A stretch of 64,000 bases of DNA from a virus. This document shows, piece after piece, positions 1 through 8,380 of the stretch (its first letter is position 1; each line of letters begins with the position of its first letter). The position numbers and the translations under genes are program-made. The notes under the pieces are model-generated. The model worked only from the letters and a program-made list of their open reading frames with translations. It did not search any database and was not told where the DNA came from. Location: positions 32,001 to 96,000 of the IMG/VR virus record IMGVR_UViG_3300030090_007212, one strand, 5' to 3'.

Positions 1-545
1 TCATCTTTAAGTAAAGAGCTTAACTCATCACCTTCTTCATTGATGGGCGCACTTAAAGATGAACAAGAAGGAACATGAATATATTCTATCTCATTACAAC
101 TAGGTTTACGTTGGTTTTCCATTTCAAACCTTTCTATTTCCTTTTTAATTTTAGAAAGTTTATTAATCATATTTGCTGGTAATCTAACAGTCCGAGAATT
201 ATCATTCAAAGATTGTAAAATAGCTTGTTTAACCCACCATACTGCATATGAAATAAATCTATATCCTTTAGTATGATCAAACCTTTTGGCTGCAGTAATT
301 AGTCCGTAATTACCTTCTGAAATTAAATCGGCTAAAGGTACTCCTTGATTTTGATATTCCTTTGCCACTGCAATAACAAATCTAAGATTAGCATTAACTA
401 ATTCTTCTATAGCAGTATCGTCACCTGCCGCAATACGTTTAGCCAATTCTAATTCAAATTGAGGGGTTATTACATCGTGTTTACGTACGTCTTTTAAATA
501 CATAGACATACAATCTTCTTTAGTGTTAATAAATCTTTTATTCAT
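1..545 (-). CDS. rpoD: Sigma70-family (RpoD/SigA-like) RNA polymerase sigma factor, 3' end beyond window edge; missing from the ORF track
   Basis: Manual translation from ATG at 545: MNKRFINTKEDCMSMYLKDVRKHDV...EELVNANLRFVIAVAKEYQNQGVPLADLISEGNYGLITAAKRFDHTKGYRFISYAVWWVKQAILQSLNDNSRTVRLP = regions 1.2 and 2.1-2.4; no region 1.1, as in Bacteroidota primary sigma. Confidence 0.95.
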   Translation of the reverse strand, partial: MNKRFINTKEDCMSMYLKDVRKHDVITPQFELELAKRIAAGDDTAIEELVNANLRFVIAVAKEYQNQGVPLADLISEGNYGLITAAKRFDHTKGYRFISYAVWWVKQAILQSLNDNSRTVRLPANMINKLSKIKKEIERFEMENQRKPSCNEIEYIHVPSCSSLSAPINEEGDELSSLLKD

Positions 546-553
546 ATATTACA

Positions 554-1066
554 TTATTTATCGTTGGAATAGTTATTTAATATTTCTTTTTCTTTATTAG
601 TTAAATTTTTAATACCTACTTTACTTATTTTATCTAATATATCATCCACAGTAGGTGTGTCTTCTTGATCCACTTTAAATTTAAAAGGTAAACTACCTTC
701 TTCTTCCATTTCTTCTTTTATCGTTTTAATAAATTCCTTTATACCTTCTGAAATATGTTGGAAAGAATTATCCCCATAATGATCTATTTTACCTCCAAAT
801 AAGGCTTGTTGAAATTCTTCGTTATTTAGATTAGCAGAAAATGTAGCAGGTAACATTTCAAAAATTATGTAATCCCTTTCATGCATATTAAGAAATTCTT
901 CTATTTCACTTAATACTAAAGCTGATCTAAAAGTAGTAATTATAACATCATTACCACTAACAAAATTTGCGGTAGGTTCCGAAATAAATGAAAGATCTTT
1001 TTTTAATTCTTCTATGTCACCAAATCCTGTGAGACAATACGACCTTAAAAACATTTTATTTTCCAT
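554..1066 (-). CDS. Hypothetical protein with C-terminal DUF6576-like motif
   Basis: C-terminus VDDILDKISKVGIKNLTNKEKEIL resembles the motif at the end of Bacteroidota rhomboid-associated proteins. Confidence 0.6.
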   Translation of the reverse strand: MENKMFLRSYCLTGFGDIEELKKDLSFISEPTANFVSGNDVIITTFRSALVLSEIEEFLNMHERDYIIFEMLPATFSANLNNEEFQQALFGGKIDHYGDNSFQHISEGIKEFIKTIKEEMEEEGSLPFKFKVDQEDTPTVDDILDKISKVGIKNLTNKEKEILNNYSNDK

Positions 1067-1124
1067 CTCAGTGAGTTTGTTTTAAATAAATACTTACAAA
1101 ATGGGTACCATTACCCATATAATA

Positions 1125-1154
1125 CAAATATACAAAAAATTATTTGATTTGCAA
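1125..1154 (-). promoter_or_regulatory. Bacteroidota-type sigma70 promoter TTG-N19-TATATTTG
   Basis: Plus strand caaatata 1125-1132 and caa 1152-1154, upstream of the ORF 1066/sigma operon. Confidence 0.65.
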
Positions 1155-3521
1155 TGTCGAAATGTCATTATTTTTTTCTATTGTGATAATTTTGTCAGCC
1201 CAATCTTGTGTTATAGGGTTGTGTGTTATCAATAAAATTATTTCGTACATCTTTTTTATTTTATCAAAAAATATTTTTACATAATCTAAGTTGATATTAG
1301 CAACTTTACCTAATACCTCATCAAAGACGATAATATTTGGTTTTGGTAACGTGGAAATTCTACCTAATACACATCTTAATGCTAAAGATGCTAATGTAGT
1401 CTCTAATCCAGAACCAGATTTTAATTTTTTAGTAACATTCTTTTTGATGATATTAAAGTCTACTTCATTCTTATCATTCATTTCCAATTCAATATCAAAA
1501 TCACATACTTCGTCTAATAAACGATTAAGTTCATAATTAATTATAGGTATAACTGAAGATAATACTAATTTAGAAATACCATTTTTACCAATCATTCTAT
1601 TATAGATCTCAAATATTTTAAGAACTTCTTCTTCTTTTAATATTTGCTCTATTATTTTTTGGTTTTCAATATTCTGGGTTTTTTTAGTTTTACTATCATT
1701 CTTAAAGTCTTGTATTTCAGTACGTAGATTATCTCTTTTATTATTTAATTTATCTAATAATTGATTATAACCCAATATTTTACTTTCAACATCCCTATTC
1801 TTCTCTATATATTCTATATTTCTTTGATAATTTTTTAATAAATTCATTTTTTCCTTAACATCCACTCTCAATCCTTCTATTTCTACTTCTGTTCTATCGC
1901 GAGTGAGTTCTAATTTATCCCTTAAATCAGATTTAGATTTTAAATCACTTTGTTTTTCTAATGACTTATTAATTTTTTCTAATGCTTTTAGTAATTTTTT
2001 TAGATTACTATTATATTCCTTTAATTTTCTTTTTTCTTCTTTTATTTCTTTAGTGTGATCAACATCCTCCAATGCTCTTTTACAAGTAGGACATATTTCT
2101 CCTTCCTCTAAATTCTTAATTAAATCTTCAATCCTCTCTATAGAATCCTCTTCTTTCCCTTTTTTAAGTAAAATATCTCTTTCTTCTCCCCTTATTTCTT
2201 CATGAATATCTTCATCATACTCTACTTTAACTAATTTTTTAATACCATCATTAACATCAGTTAACTCTTCCTTTATTTTAACCCCTTTTTCGGTTAAAAT
2301 ATCAATCTCATCTTGTAAAGTTTTAGGGTTAACATTTTTTATTTCATCATCAATAATATATTTTTCTGATAATAATACTTCTTTTTTCCGTTTAGCTTCT
2401 TCTATTTCTCCATCAACCCCCTTTAATTTTTTATTACTTTCTTTAATGGATAATTTATTCTCTTCTATTTTTGTAAGATTTTCCTCTATATCCAATTCTA
2501 ACTGTTTAGTATTAAAAATGTTTGATTTCATCTTACTTTTAAAATTAGACATCATTCCTTTATTGATATCTTCTTTCTTTTCAATTACTTCTAATCCAAT
2601 AAATTTAGTTAGTAATCTTCCTCTTTGGGTGGGTTTAGTTTCTAATAAATCTTCTAAATTTTTAGCAGTAGATACAATAGTTAACATAAAATCATCAAAG
2701 GTACCAATAGTATCGGAAATCAATTTATCAGTTTCTCTTCGTTGTTCACCTTCTAAATTTTCTTTACTTCCATCTACTAATAATCTATAAAAATTTAATT
2801 CTGAAGAAGTTTTATAATTACCTGTCTTTGTTTTTTTCCTAAATAATTTCCTTTCAATAATATATTCATCACCATCAATATTAATTTGACCACCAACCTC
2901 TACTTCATCTTTATCAGTAAATGTATTAAAGATTTCTCCTGCAGTATCCGTTTTAGTAGTTTTACCAAAAAATAAAAATAATAAAGAATCAATACTAAAA
3001 ATAGTTTTACCTCCTTGATTGGCAGGTAAAGAATTAACAACAGTTAACCCTTTCAAACTATCATATTGTATGGTATTATCTCCACCAAAAGATAAGAAAT
3101 TATCAATCCAAAGTTTACTAATAGACCATCTTCTATATCTAATATCTTCTTCACCTAAATTTACTAAAACATCATTAACTTTATCATCTAATCTACATAA
3201 TCTATCAAAATCCACATCTATACCATTCAGTTCAACCCATTGTGAAAACAATCTTCTTTGGTAGGCGGTATCCATAATATTATCTATCAATCCTTCAGTG
3301 ATATCTACTACTTTACCAGCACTATTTTTAAGAATAGGTATAAAATTTATTTTAATAGATGTTTTAGGTAACTCATATTTTTGAGAGAAATAAGTTTTAA
3401 CTCTATTAATTGTTTCTAATGTTCTATTTTCAGGATAATCTTGCCAATCTACCCTTATAAACCCATTTTTAGGAACATTAATTAATTTTTTAGTTTTAAT
3501 TGTATCCATAACACTTTCCAT
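1140..3521 (-). CDS. sbcC: SbcC/Rad50 (gp46-like) SMC-type ATPase with extra N-terminal domain
   Basis: NFLSFG, Walker A-like NQGGKT, long coiled coil with central zinc hook CPTC, signature SGSGLE, Walker B IIVFDE, H-loop ITH. Confidence 0.93.
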   Translation of the reverse strand: MESVMDTIKTKKLINVPKNGFIRVDWQDYPENRTLETINRVKTYFSQKYELPKTSIKINFIPILKNSAGKVVDITEGLIDNIMDTAYQRRLFSQWVELNGIDVDFDRLCRLDDKVNDVLVNLGEEDIRYRRWSISKLWIDNFLSFGGDNTIQYDSLKGLTVVNSLPANQGGKTIFSIDSLLFLFFGKTTKTDTAGEIFNTFTDKDEVEVGGQINIDGDEYIIERKLFRKKTKTGNYKTSSELNFYRLLVDGSKENLEGEQRRETDKLISDTIGTFDDFMLTIVSTAKNLEDLLETKPTQRGRLLTKFIGLEVIEKKEDINKGMMSNFKSKMKSNIFNTKQLELDIEENLTKIEENKLSIKESNKKLKGVDGEIEEAKRKKEVLLSEKYIIDDEIKNVNPKTLQDEIDILTEKGVKIKEELTDVNDGIKKLVKVEYDEDIHEEIRGEERDILLKKGKEEDSIERIEDLIKNLEEGEICPTCKRALEDVDHTKEIKEEKRKLKEYNSNLKKLLKALEKINKSLEKQSDLKSKSDLRDKLELTRDRTEVEIEGLRVDVKEKMNLLKNYQRNIEYIEKNRDVESKILGYNQLLDKLNNKRDNLRTEIQDFKNDSKTKKTQNIENQKIIEQILKEEEVLKIFEIYNRMIGKNGISKLVLSSVIPIINYELNRLLDEVCDFDIELEMNDKNEVDFNIIKKNVTKKLKSGSGLETTLASLALRCVLGRISTLPKPNIIVFDEVLGKVANINLDYVKIFFDKIKKMYEIILLITHNPITQDWADKIITIEKNNDISTLQIK

Positions 3522-3527
3522 TTGTTA

Positions 3528-4184
3528 TTATTTTTTATCTTTTAAATTAGACCCCCAAAACCCTCCTTTTCCATCTTCGTCATAAATGTCTCTAATTGGT
3601 CTACCATCAGGGTGAGGTGCTTTATTTCTCAGTGACACTATTTCTTTTTCTAATTCTAGAATTTTATTATTTAATTCTTTTATCTTATTATCTTTTTTAT
3701 AATTCTTACCATTAGATTCTTTAACTTTTTCAATAGTCTTATCTTTTTCTTCCTTAACTATTCTAACATTTTCTTCTAATTTTCTTATAATAGAATCTTT
3801 ATTATTAATACTTTGGTTTTGAGTGGTTATATTTTCTTCTAATTTAATTATTTTTTCCCCTAATTCTTGAACTTGTGTATCATCGGTAATATAAGTTTCT
3901 TTTTCTACTATTATTTCTTTAATAACTTCTTTTTCTACTGGTATCTCCTTAATTACCTCTTTTATTATTTCGACAGGCACTTCCTTTTCTACAATAATTT
4001 CTTTTATCTTTTCTATAGGTACCTCCTTTTCCACTACTACTTCTTGAACAAAAGGTGCATTTCCATATTTAGTAATGTTAAAACCTTTTACTATTTGTTC
4101 CACAATAAAGGGATCAATATTTTCTATATTGTTGATTTCACAATACGCTTTTATTTCATCCCTTATTTTCTTTGGTACTCTCAT
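3528..4184 (-). CDS. Hypothetical protein with V/I-E-K-P low-complexity repeats and coiled coil
   Basis: VVVEKEVPIEKIKEIIVEKEVPVEIIKEVIKEIPVEKEVIKEIIVEKE followed by a heptad-rich segment. Confidence 0.75.
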   Translation of the reverse strand: MRVPKKIRDEIKAYCEINNIENIDPFIVEQIVKGFNITKYGNAPFVQEVVVEKEVPIEKIKEIIVEKEVPVEIIKEVIKEIPVEKEVIKEIIVEKETYITDDTQVQELGEKIIKLEENITTQNQSINNKDSIIRKLEENVRIVKEEKDKTIEKVKESNGKNYKKDNKIKELNNKILELEKEIVSLRNKAPHPDGRPIRDIYDEDGKGGFWGSNLKDKK

Positions 4185-5002
4185 TATGCATTAGTCAAAT
4201 ATTCTTTACCATTGTCAATATCATCTAAAGAATTAATTTTAAAAACATAATACCCATAATCTGTATCTATATCATGTTCCGTATAATCTAAATGTTCTAC
4301 ATCCCAAATTAAATATCCATGTTCACTTACTCTCTCACCAAAATCTTGTTGTATGAAACTTCCACAATAAGTAATATTTATCCCTTTATGGACAAAATTT
4401 TGTCTATGATGAATATCACCCATTATTACTGCGTCACATCCCTCAAATTGTTGTAAATCTGCAGATTCTTCAAATTCAAAACCTACTGAAGTAATAGCAC
4501 CATTTACTGGTGCGTGAAATAATCCGATATACTTTTTATCATTCCCATATTCTTTACGAGCTTTATCAATATCTGGTTTAGCATTATGTTCAAAAATAGA
4601 ATAACTACACCACACAATATTATCATCTAAATAACACTTACAGTCAGTTAAATAAGAAACATATGGATTATTCATTATCTCAATAATAGGGGTTAGGGAA
4701 TCTAGTCTATCTTTATTATTTTCTAATAAATCGTGATTACCTGCAATTAAAATGGTTGGACATAGTTTAGTACACTCATTTAAAAACCACGCTACTAACA
4801 TAGTTAATTCATTAGATATAGTAATCTTTTGGTGAACAATATCCCCCGCAATCACTATTCTACATTCCTCAAAAGTTAATTTACTATCTTCCATATAAAA
4901 TTTAACTTCATTTAGGAATTTATGACACACTTCCTTACTTTCAGTATGTCTATTATAGGTACGGAAATGAAGATCCGCAATGTGAAATATTTTCTTAATC
5001 AT
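4184..5002 (-). CDS. sbcD: SbcD/Mre11 (gp47-like) calcineurin-like phosphoesterase nuclease
   Basis: Metallophosphoesterase motifs ADLH, AGDIVH, AGNHD, FHAP, GDIH, YCGS; near sbcC. Confidence 0.93.
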   Translation of the reverse strand: MIKKIFHIADLHFRTYNRHTESKEVCHKFLNEVKFYMEDSKLTFEECRIVIAGDIVHQKITISNELTMLVAWFLNECTKLCPTILIAGNHDLLENNKDRLDSLTPIIEIMNNPYVSYLTDCKCYLDDNIVWCSYSIFEHNAKPDIDKARKEYGNDKKYIGLFHAPVNGAITSVGFEFEESADLQQFEGCDAVIMGDIHHRQNFVHKGINITYCGSFIQQDFGERVSEHGYLIWDVEHLDYTEHDIDTDYGYYVFKINSLDDIDNGKEYLTNA

Positions 5003-5006
5003 ATCT

Positions 5007-5037
5007 TAAATATAAAGGTTTTTTTCATAAAAGACAA
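5007..5037 (-). promoter_or_regulatory. Promoter TTG-N20-TATATTTA
   Basis: Plus taaatata 5007-5014 and caa 5035-5037, immediately upstream of the sbcD start. Confidence 0.6.
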
Positions 5038-5057
5038 TAAATCTTAATAATGACTTA

Positions 5058-5963
5058 TTAAGCTGCCACCAAAGTTTTCAACATATTGGTTACATGGTCA
5101 CTATAATCCGCACATTTAATAACTTTATAGTTAGGGTTGTTTTCATTAAACCAAACTAAATTACAACGTCCTATTTTTAAATTAGTATTTTTTTCTATAA
5201 TATGTTTGTAAATAGATAACTGTAGAGAGTAGGTATTAAACTCACAATCATCTAACATCCATAAACAATCTTTCATTTTATTTCCATAATCATCTTTCAT
5301 GTTTAATCGTGTATTGGTTTTCCAATCCCATATTTCTAATGTTCCATATCTTTCATTCCAAAATAATTGGTCTACCATACCACATAACATATAATCTTTA
5401 TCTCCCACTACTAATTCAGATTTAATAGGTATTAACTTACCTTTTTTCACTGTATCATTATAAAAATTATGAAAATACCCTTCCATAACATTATAAGTTT
5501 CTTCAATCTCTTCAAATTTTAACCCTTCGGGACTCACCAAAGGATAAGGCATAATCTTATTATTGAGATAATTTTCTATATAATCATGTAATGTATTACC
5601 TTCAAAAGTGGCATGGTGATTTTTATAATCCCATAATTTTTGTATATCTTCTTCAGTTACACATTCCGATTCTGGTTTGGGTTTGGAATAATCTGGCCTA
5701 CCATAAGGATCCTCTTCCATTGGATAAAAATTTTGTTTATGTGCATATCTATCCGCCATTGTTTTTGCCTTATAAAAATGACCTTGTTTTTCTGCCCATT
5801 TATCGGGTTTTTCCACATTAGATTCAAAATCTTTACTAAATTTATGTATAAAAGTAGTGCACGATATTGTTTTTTCTCCATCAATATAATACTTATGAGG
5901 TTCATCATAGTATTTTATGTTGTTAAAGACTGATAATTCTTTAATAATCTCCATTTTTCGCAT
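5058..5963 (-). CDS. PD-(D/E)XK exonuclease (Cas4/RecB-like); true start probably 5963 or 5954, not 6005
   Basis: GNTLHDYIE, SELVV, CGMVDQL, IWDWKT, YSLQLSIY motifs; a promoter at 5975-6006 lies inside the track's longer ORF. Confidence 0.85.
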   Translation of the reverse strand: MRKMEIIKELSVFNNIKYYDEPHKYYIDGEKTISCTTFIHKFSKDFESNVEKPDKWAEKQGHFYKAKTMADRYAHKQNFYPMEEDPYGRPDYSKPKPESECVTEEDIQKLWDYKNHHATFEGNTLHDYIENYLNNKIMPYPLVSPEGLKFEEIEETYNVMEGYFHNFYNDTVKKGKLIPIKSELVVGDKDYMLCGMVDQLFWNERYGTLEIWDWKTNTRLNMKDDYGNKMKDCLWMLDDCEFNTYSLQLSIYKHIIEKNTNLKIGRCNLVWFNENNPNYKVIKCADYSDHVTNMLKTLVAA

Positions 5964-5974
5964 ATTTATTAGTA

Positions 5975-6006
5975 TAAAGATAGGAAAAAAATCTGTAAAA
6001 AACAAA
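5975..6006 (-). promoter_or_regulatory. Promoter TTTG-N20-TATCTTTA
   Basis: Plus taaagata 5975-5982 and caaa 6003-6006. Confidence 0.6.
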
Positions 6007-6010
6007 TATT

Positions 6011-6544
6011 TTGAGTAAAATAATTAGAAAAGTAACTAATACTAAACCTTTTAATAAGTTCGAATTGGGAATATTAAAATGGATGTTTAAAACATTGGAG
6101 GGAGGAGCTCCTCGAGATATGGTGCGTAAACTAATGAATCAGGATTTTAAAAACATGTTTGGTTTATCAAAAGAAGAAGTAATGTATTTTATAGGCTTAT
6201 ATAACGAAAATTATACATCTGATGTGGTTTTTGAGGATATTGAAGAAGTAGTAGTTCCTTTAATGCGGGAATATGATGTAGAATATATGCAAGATGTAAG
6301 TGCCTATAGAAGTCTGGAACATAAAGTATGGGCGGCAGATGAAGACGATGCCTTAGATGCAATGGATTGGGATTTTGATTATAGTTATAAAGAAGACAGT
6401 AGTTTAACATATTATGTAGATGATTTTGTAGAAACCGGAGATTACCACGATGTTTTTGATCAAGCAGTACACCAATATAACCCCACTCCTCTTAATGAAA
6501 CTAAAATTATTATTAAAAAAATATTAAAGGAGTATGGAAAATAA
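6011..6544 (+). CDS. Acidic hypothetical protein (paralogue of next gene), TTG start
   Basis: Real-looking composition; overlaps next ORF; shares NKFxxxxLKxxFKxL and F(E/D)D..E...(V/I)PxxxE motifs with 6534..7010. Confidence 0.7.
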   Translation: MSKIIRKVTNTKPFNKFELGILKWMFKTLEGGAPRDMVRKLMNQDFKNMFGLSKEEVMYFIGLYNENYTSDVVFEDIEEVVVPLMREYDVEYMQDVSAYRSLEHKVWAADEDDALDAMDWDFDYSYKEDSSLTYYVDDFVETGDYHDVFDQAVHQYNPTPLNETKIIIKKILKEYGK

Positions 6545-7010
6545 ATTTACTATTAAATTTCTTAAATCTTTATTTAAAAATTTAAGTAAAGAATGGAATA
6601 GTAGTCGACAAATAGAAGACTTAGAATTCGATGCTTGGGAATTTGAACAATTTTTAGGGGTGTTAGAAAAAATCTATGGATTTACCAATCAAGATGAGAA
6701 AGATTGGATTTATGCGTGTTTCATTGAAAATTGGAAAAATCTTGCAGGAGATTTTGATGATTTAACTGAGGAAAATCTTATTATTCCACAATTAAAAGAA
6801 ATGGTAGCAATAGAAGATGAATGGTGGGACGCTAGAATTACTAACACTTATAAAACTAAGACTTATACTAATGCGATGTTTAGATCCGACATTTATAATG
6901 GTTTTGCAGATCCTGACACTGAAGATACACAGTGGATAGAAAGAACGGATAGTGAGATAGAAATAAATGAAGTAGAGCCTGAAGAAGTAACGGATAATGA
7001 AGAAAATTAA
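6534..7010 (+). CDS. Acidic hypothetical protein (paralogue of previous gene)
   Basis: Overlapping, coupled ORF; acidic C-terminus; motif similarity to 6011..6544. Confidence 0.75.
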   Translation: MENKFTIKFLKSLFKNLSKEWNSSRQIEDLEFDAWEFEQFLGVLEKIYGFTNQDEKDWIYACFIENWKNLAGDFDDLTEENLIIPQLKEMVAIEDEWWDARITNTYKTKTYTNAMFRSDIYNGFADPDTEDTQWIERTDSEIEINEVEPEEVTDNEEN

Positions 7011-7563
7011 AATAACCGAAAAACAATTTATTAAATTACAGGAAGACTTAGAATATTGGTCGGTTAGTGATGCATCTCCATCTAGTGATACCTATGAAAT
7101 GGGGGTAGATTTAAATGAATCGTTTGAAGATGTTGAAGATTATAAAAAAAAGTTTGAGGATGCGTATGAAAAATACCCACACACAAAAATTATTCCTTCG
7201 ATATTAAAATATTTAGATGGGATGATAACTATAGATATGATAGTACCATCAGATAAAAATTCCACAACATATACTGTTTATTTAGATGATGTAGAACCTA
7301 TCGAAAAAAACTATTGTTATGGGTGTAGTGGTACTTACCATTATCCAACAGGTACAAATGATTTATATACCGCAAGTCATATGGAGGATAACGATCAATA
7401 TGTTGGTGCAGTACACGAAACAATGTTAGAAATATTCGGTGGGGAATTATCAGATTGGGAATTTTATGATATAATACATAAATTTTTATTAGATAAAATA
7501 AAAAAACATATGGATAATGACGGTATAAATGCCTATCCAGAAGAACATGATATGGATTGGTAG
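6997..7563 (+). CDS. Acidic hypothetical protein with KKIKITEKQFIKLQE leader
   Basis: Overlapping, coupled ORF; leader contains ITE/LQE/LNE motifs. Confidence 0.75.
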   Translation: MKKIKITEKQFIKLQEDLEYWSVSDASPSSDTYEMGVDLNESFEDVEDYKKKFEDAYEKYPHTKIIPSILKYLDGMITIDMIVPSDKNSTTYTVYLDDVEPIEKNYCYGCSGTYHYPTGTNDLYTASHMEDNDQYVGAVHETMLEIFGGELSDWEFYDIIHKFLLDKIKKHMDNDGINAYPEEHDMDW

Positions 7564-7989
7564 TTACATTGTAACTTCCCAAATATCTTCCCCATTCCAA
7601 TCATTAAATTTTTCTTTTCCTCCTCTTACTTCCCAATCAGAATCAATGGTTAATTTAGAACTAATTCCACCTCTTGGATTACATACCATAACCATTCTCA
7701 ATCTATCCGGTTTATAAGTTTCCATTAAATGATCATAAAATAAATTGATTAATCTTTCATAAGAAACCACAATATTTCTTAATTGGAAGGAGTATTCCTT
7801 CAAAGATTTTAATTCAATTATTTTATCTTTAGGATAAAAAGTAAGATACATAGTTGCAAAATCAGGTTGTTTACTAACACCTAAAAATGTGAATTCAGGT
7901 ATCTTAATTTTAATCTCATATGCCCCATTACTAGGGTTAGGTAAAGACTTTAAAATTTTTTTATCGATTTTATCATATAAATTATCCAT
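7564..7989 (-). CDS. queF: QueF-family (preQ0 nitrile reductase-like, T-fold) protein lacking the catalytic Cys
   Basis: PEFT..QPDFA, QueF motif IELKSLKEY, SYE, NPRGGI; PEFTFLGVSKQPD replaces canonical PEFTSLCPxTGQPD. Confidence 0.85.
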   Translation of the reverse strand: MDNLYDKIDKKILKSLPNPSNGAYEIKIKIPEFTFLGVSKQPDFATMYLTFYPKDKIIELKSLKEYSFQLRNIVVSYERLINLFYDHLMETYKPDRLRMVMVCNPRGGISSKLTIDSDWEVRGGKEKFNDWNGEDIWEVTM

Positions 7990-8344
7990 TCTTTAACTTT
8001 TTAATTTTTTTATGGTTTTGAATAAGTATACCTGTCAATGTCAATAATAAACCTATAGAAAGGGTAGACAATTTTAATGATTGGTTATGATTATTTTCAC
8101 GATTTATGTGGGTAATACCATATTTTCCACTATACTGAGTATATGCAGAAGTTTTCATGGTGGTACCTATCGCACATATACTCATACCTGCACCTGTAAC
8201 CGCTAACCCATAATCTGGTTTAGGAGAATATCCTATATCTCTTATCGTAGGATTAGGATTACTTACCCCCGTAACATTAGGTAAGGTTTGCCCATAAGTT
8301 AATGAAATTAAAACAACAAAGAATAATGTGATTATAGTTTTCAT
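7982..8344 (-). CDS. Secreted/membrane protein with Sec signal peptide
   Basis: MKTIITLFFVVLISLTYG|Q signal peptide with Gln at +1; two hydrophobic segments; basic C-tail. Confidence 0.7.
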   Translation of the reverse strand: MKTIITLFFVVLISLTYGQTLPNVTGVSNPNPTIRDIGYSPKPDYGLAVTGAGMSICAIGTTMKTSAYTQYSGKYGITHINRENNHNQSLKLSTLSIGLLLTLTGILIQNHKKIKKLKNG

Positions 8345-8348
8345 ATTC

Positions 8349-8380
8349 CAAAGATAGTAAAAATTTATGACTATAACAAA
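8349..8380 (-). promoter_or_regulatory. Consensus Bacteroidota promoter TTTG-N20-TATCTTTG
   Basis: Plus caaagata 8349-8356 and caaa 8377-8380; matches the -33/-7 consensus TTTG/TAnnTTTG. Confidence 0.75.

Noticed and set aside
5058-5963. Exonuclease as CRISPR-associated Cas4
   Set aside because: No cas genes or array nearby and no clear four-Cys Fe-S motif; an ordinary phage PD-(D/E)XK nuclease fits better.
5964-6005. N-terminal extension MFFTDFFPIFILIN of the exonuclease as a signal/TM segment
   Set aside because: It is translated promoter DNA; the true start is likely 5963 or 5954.
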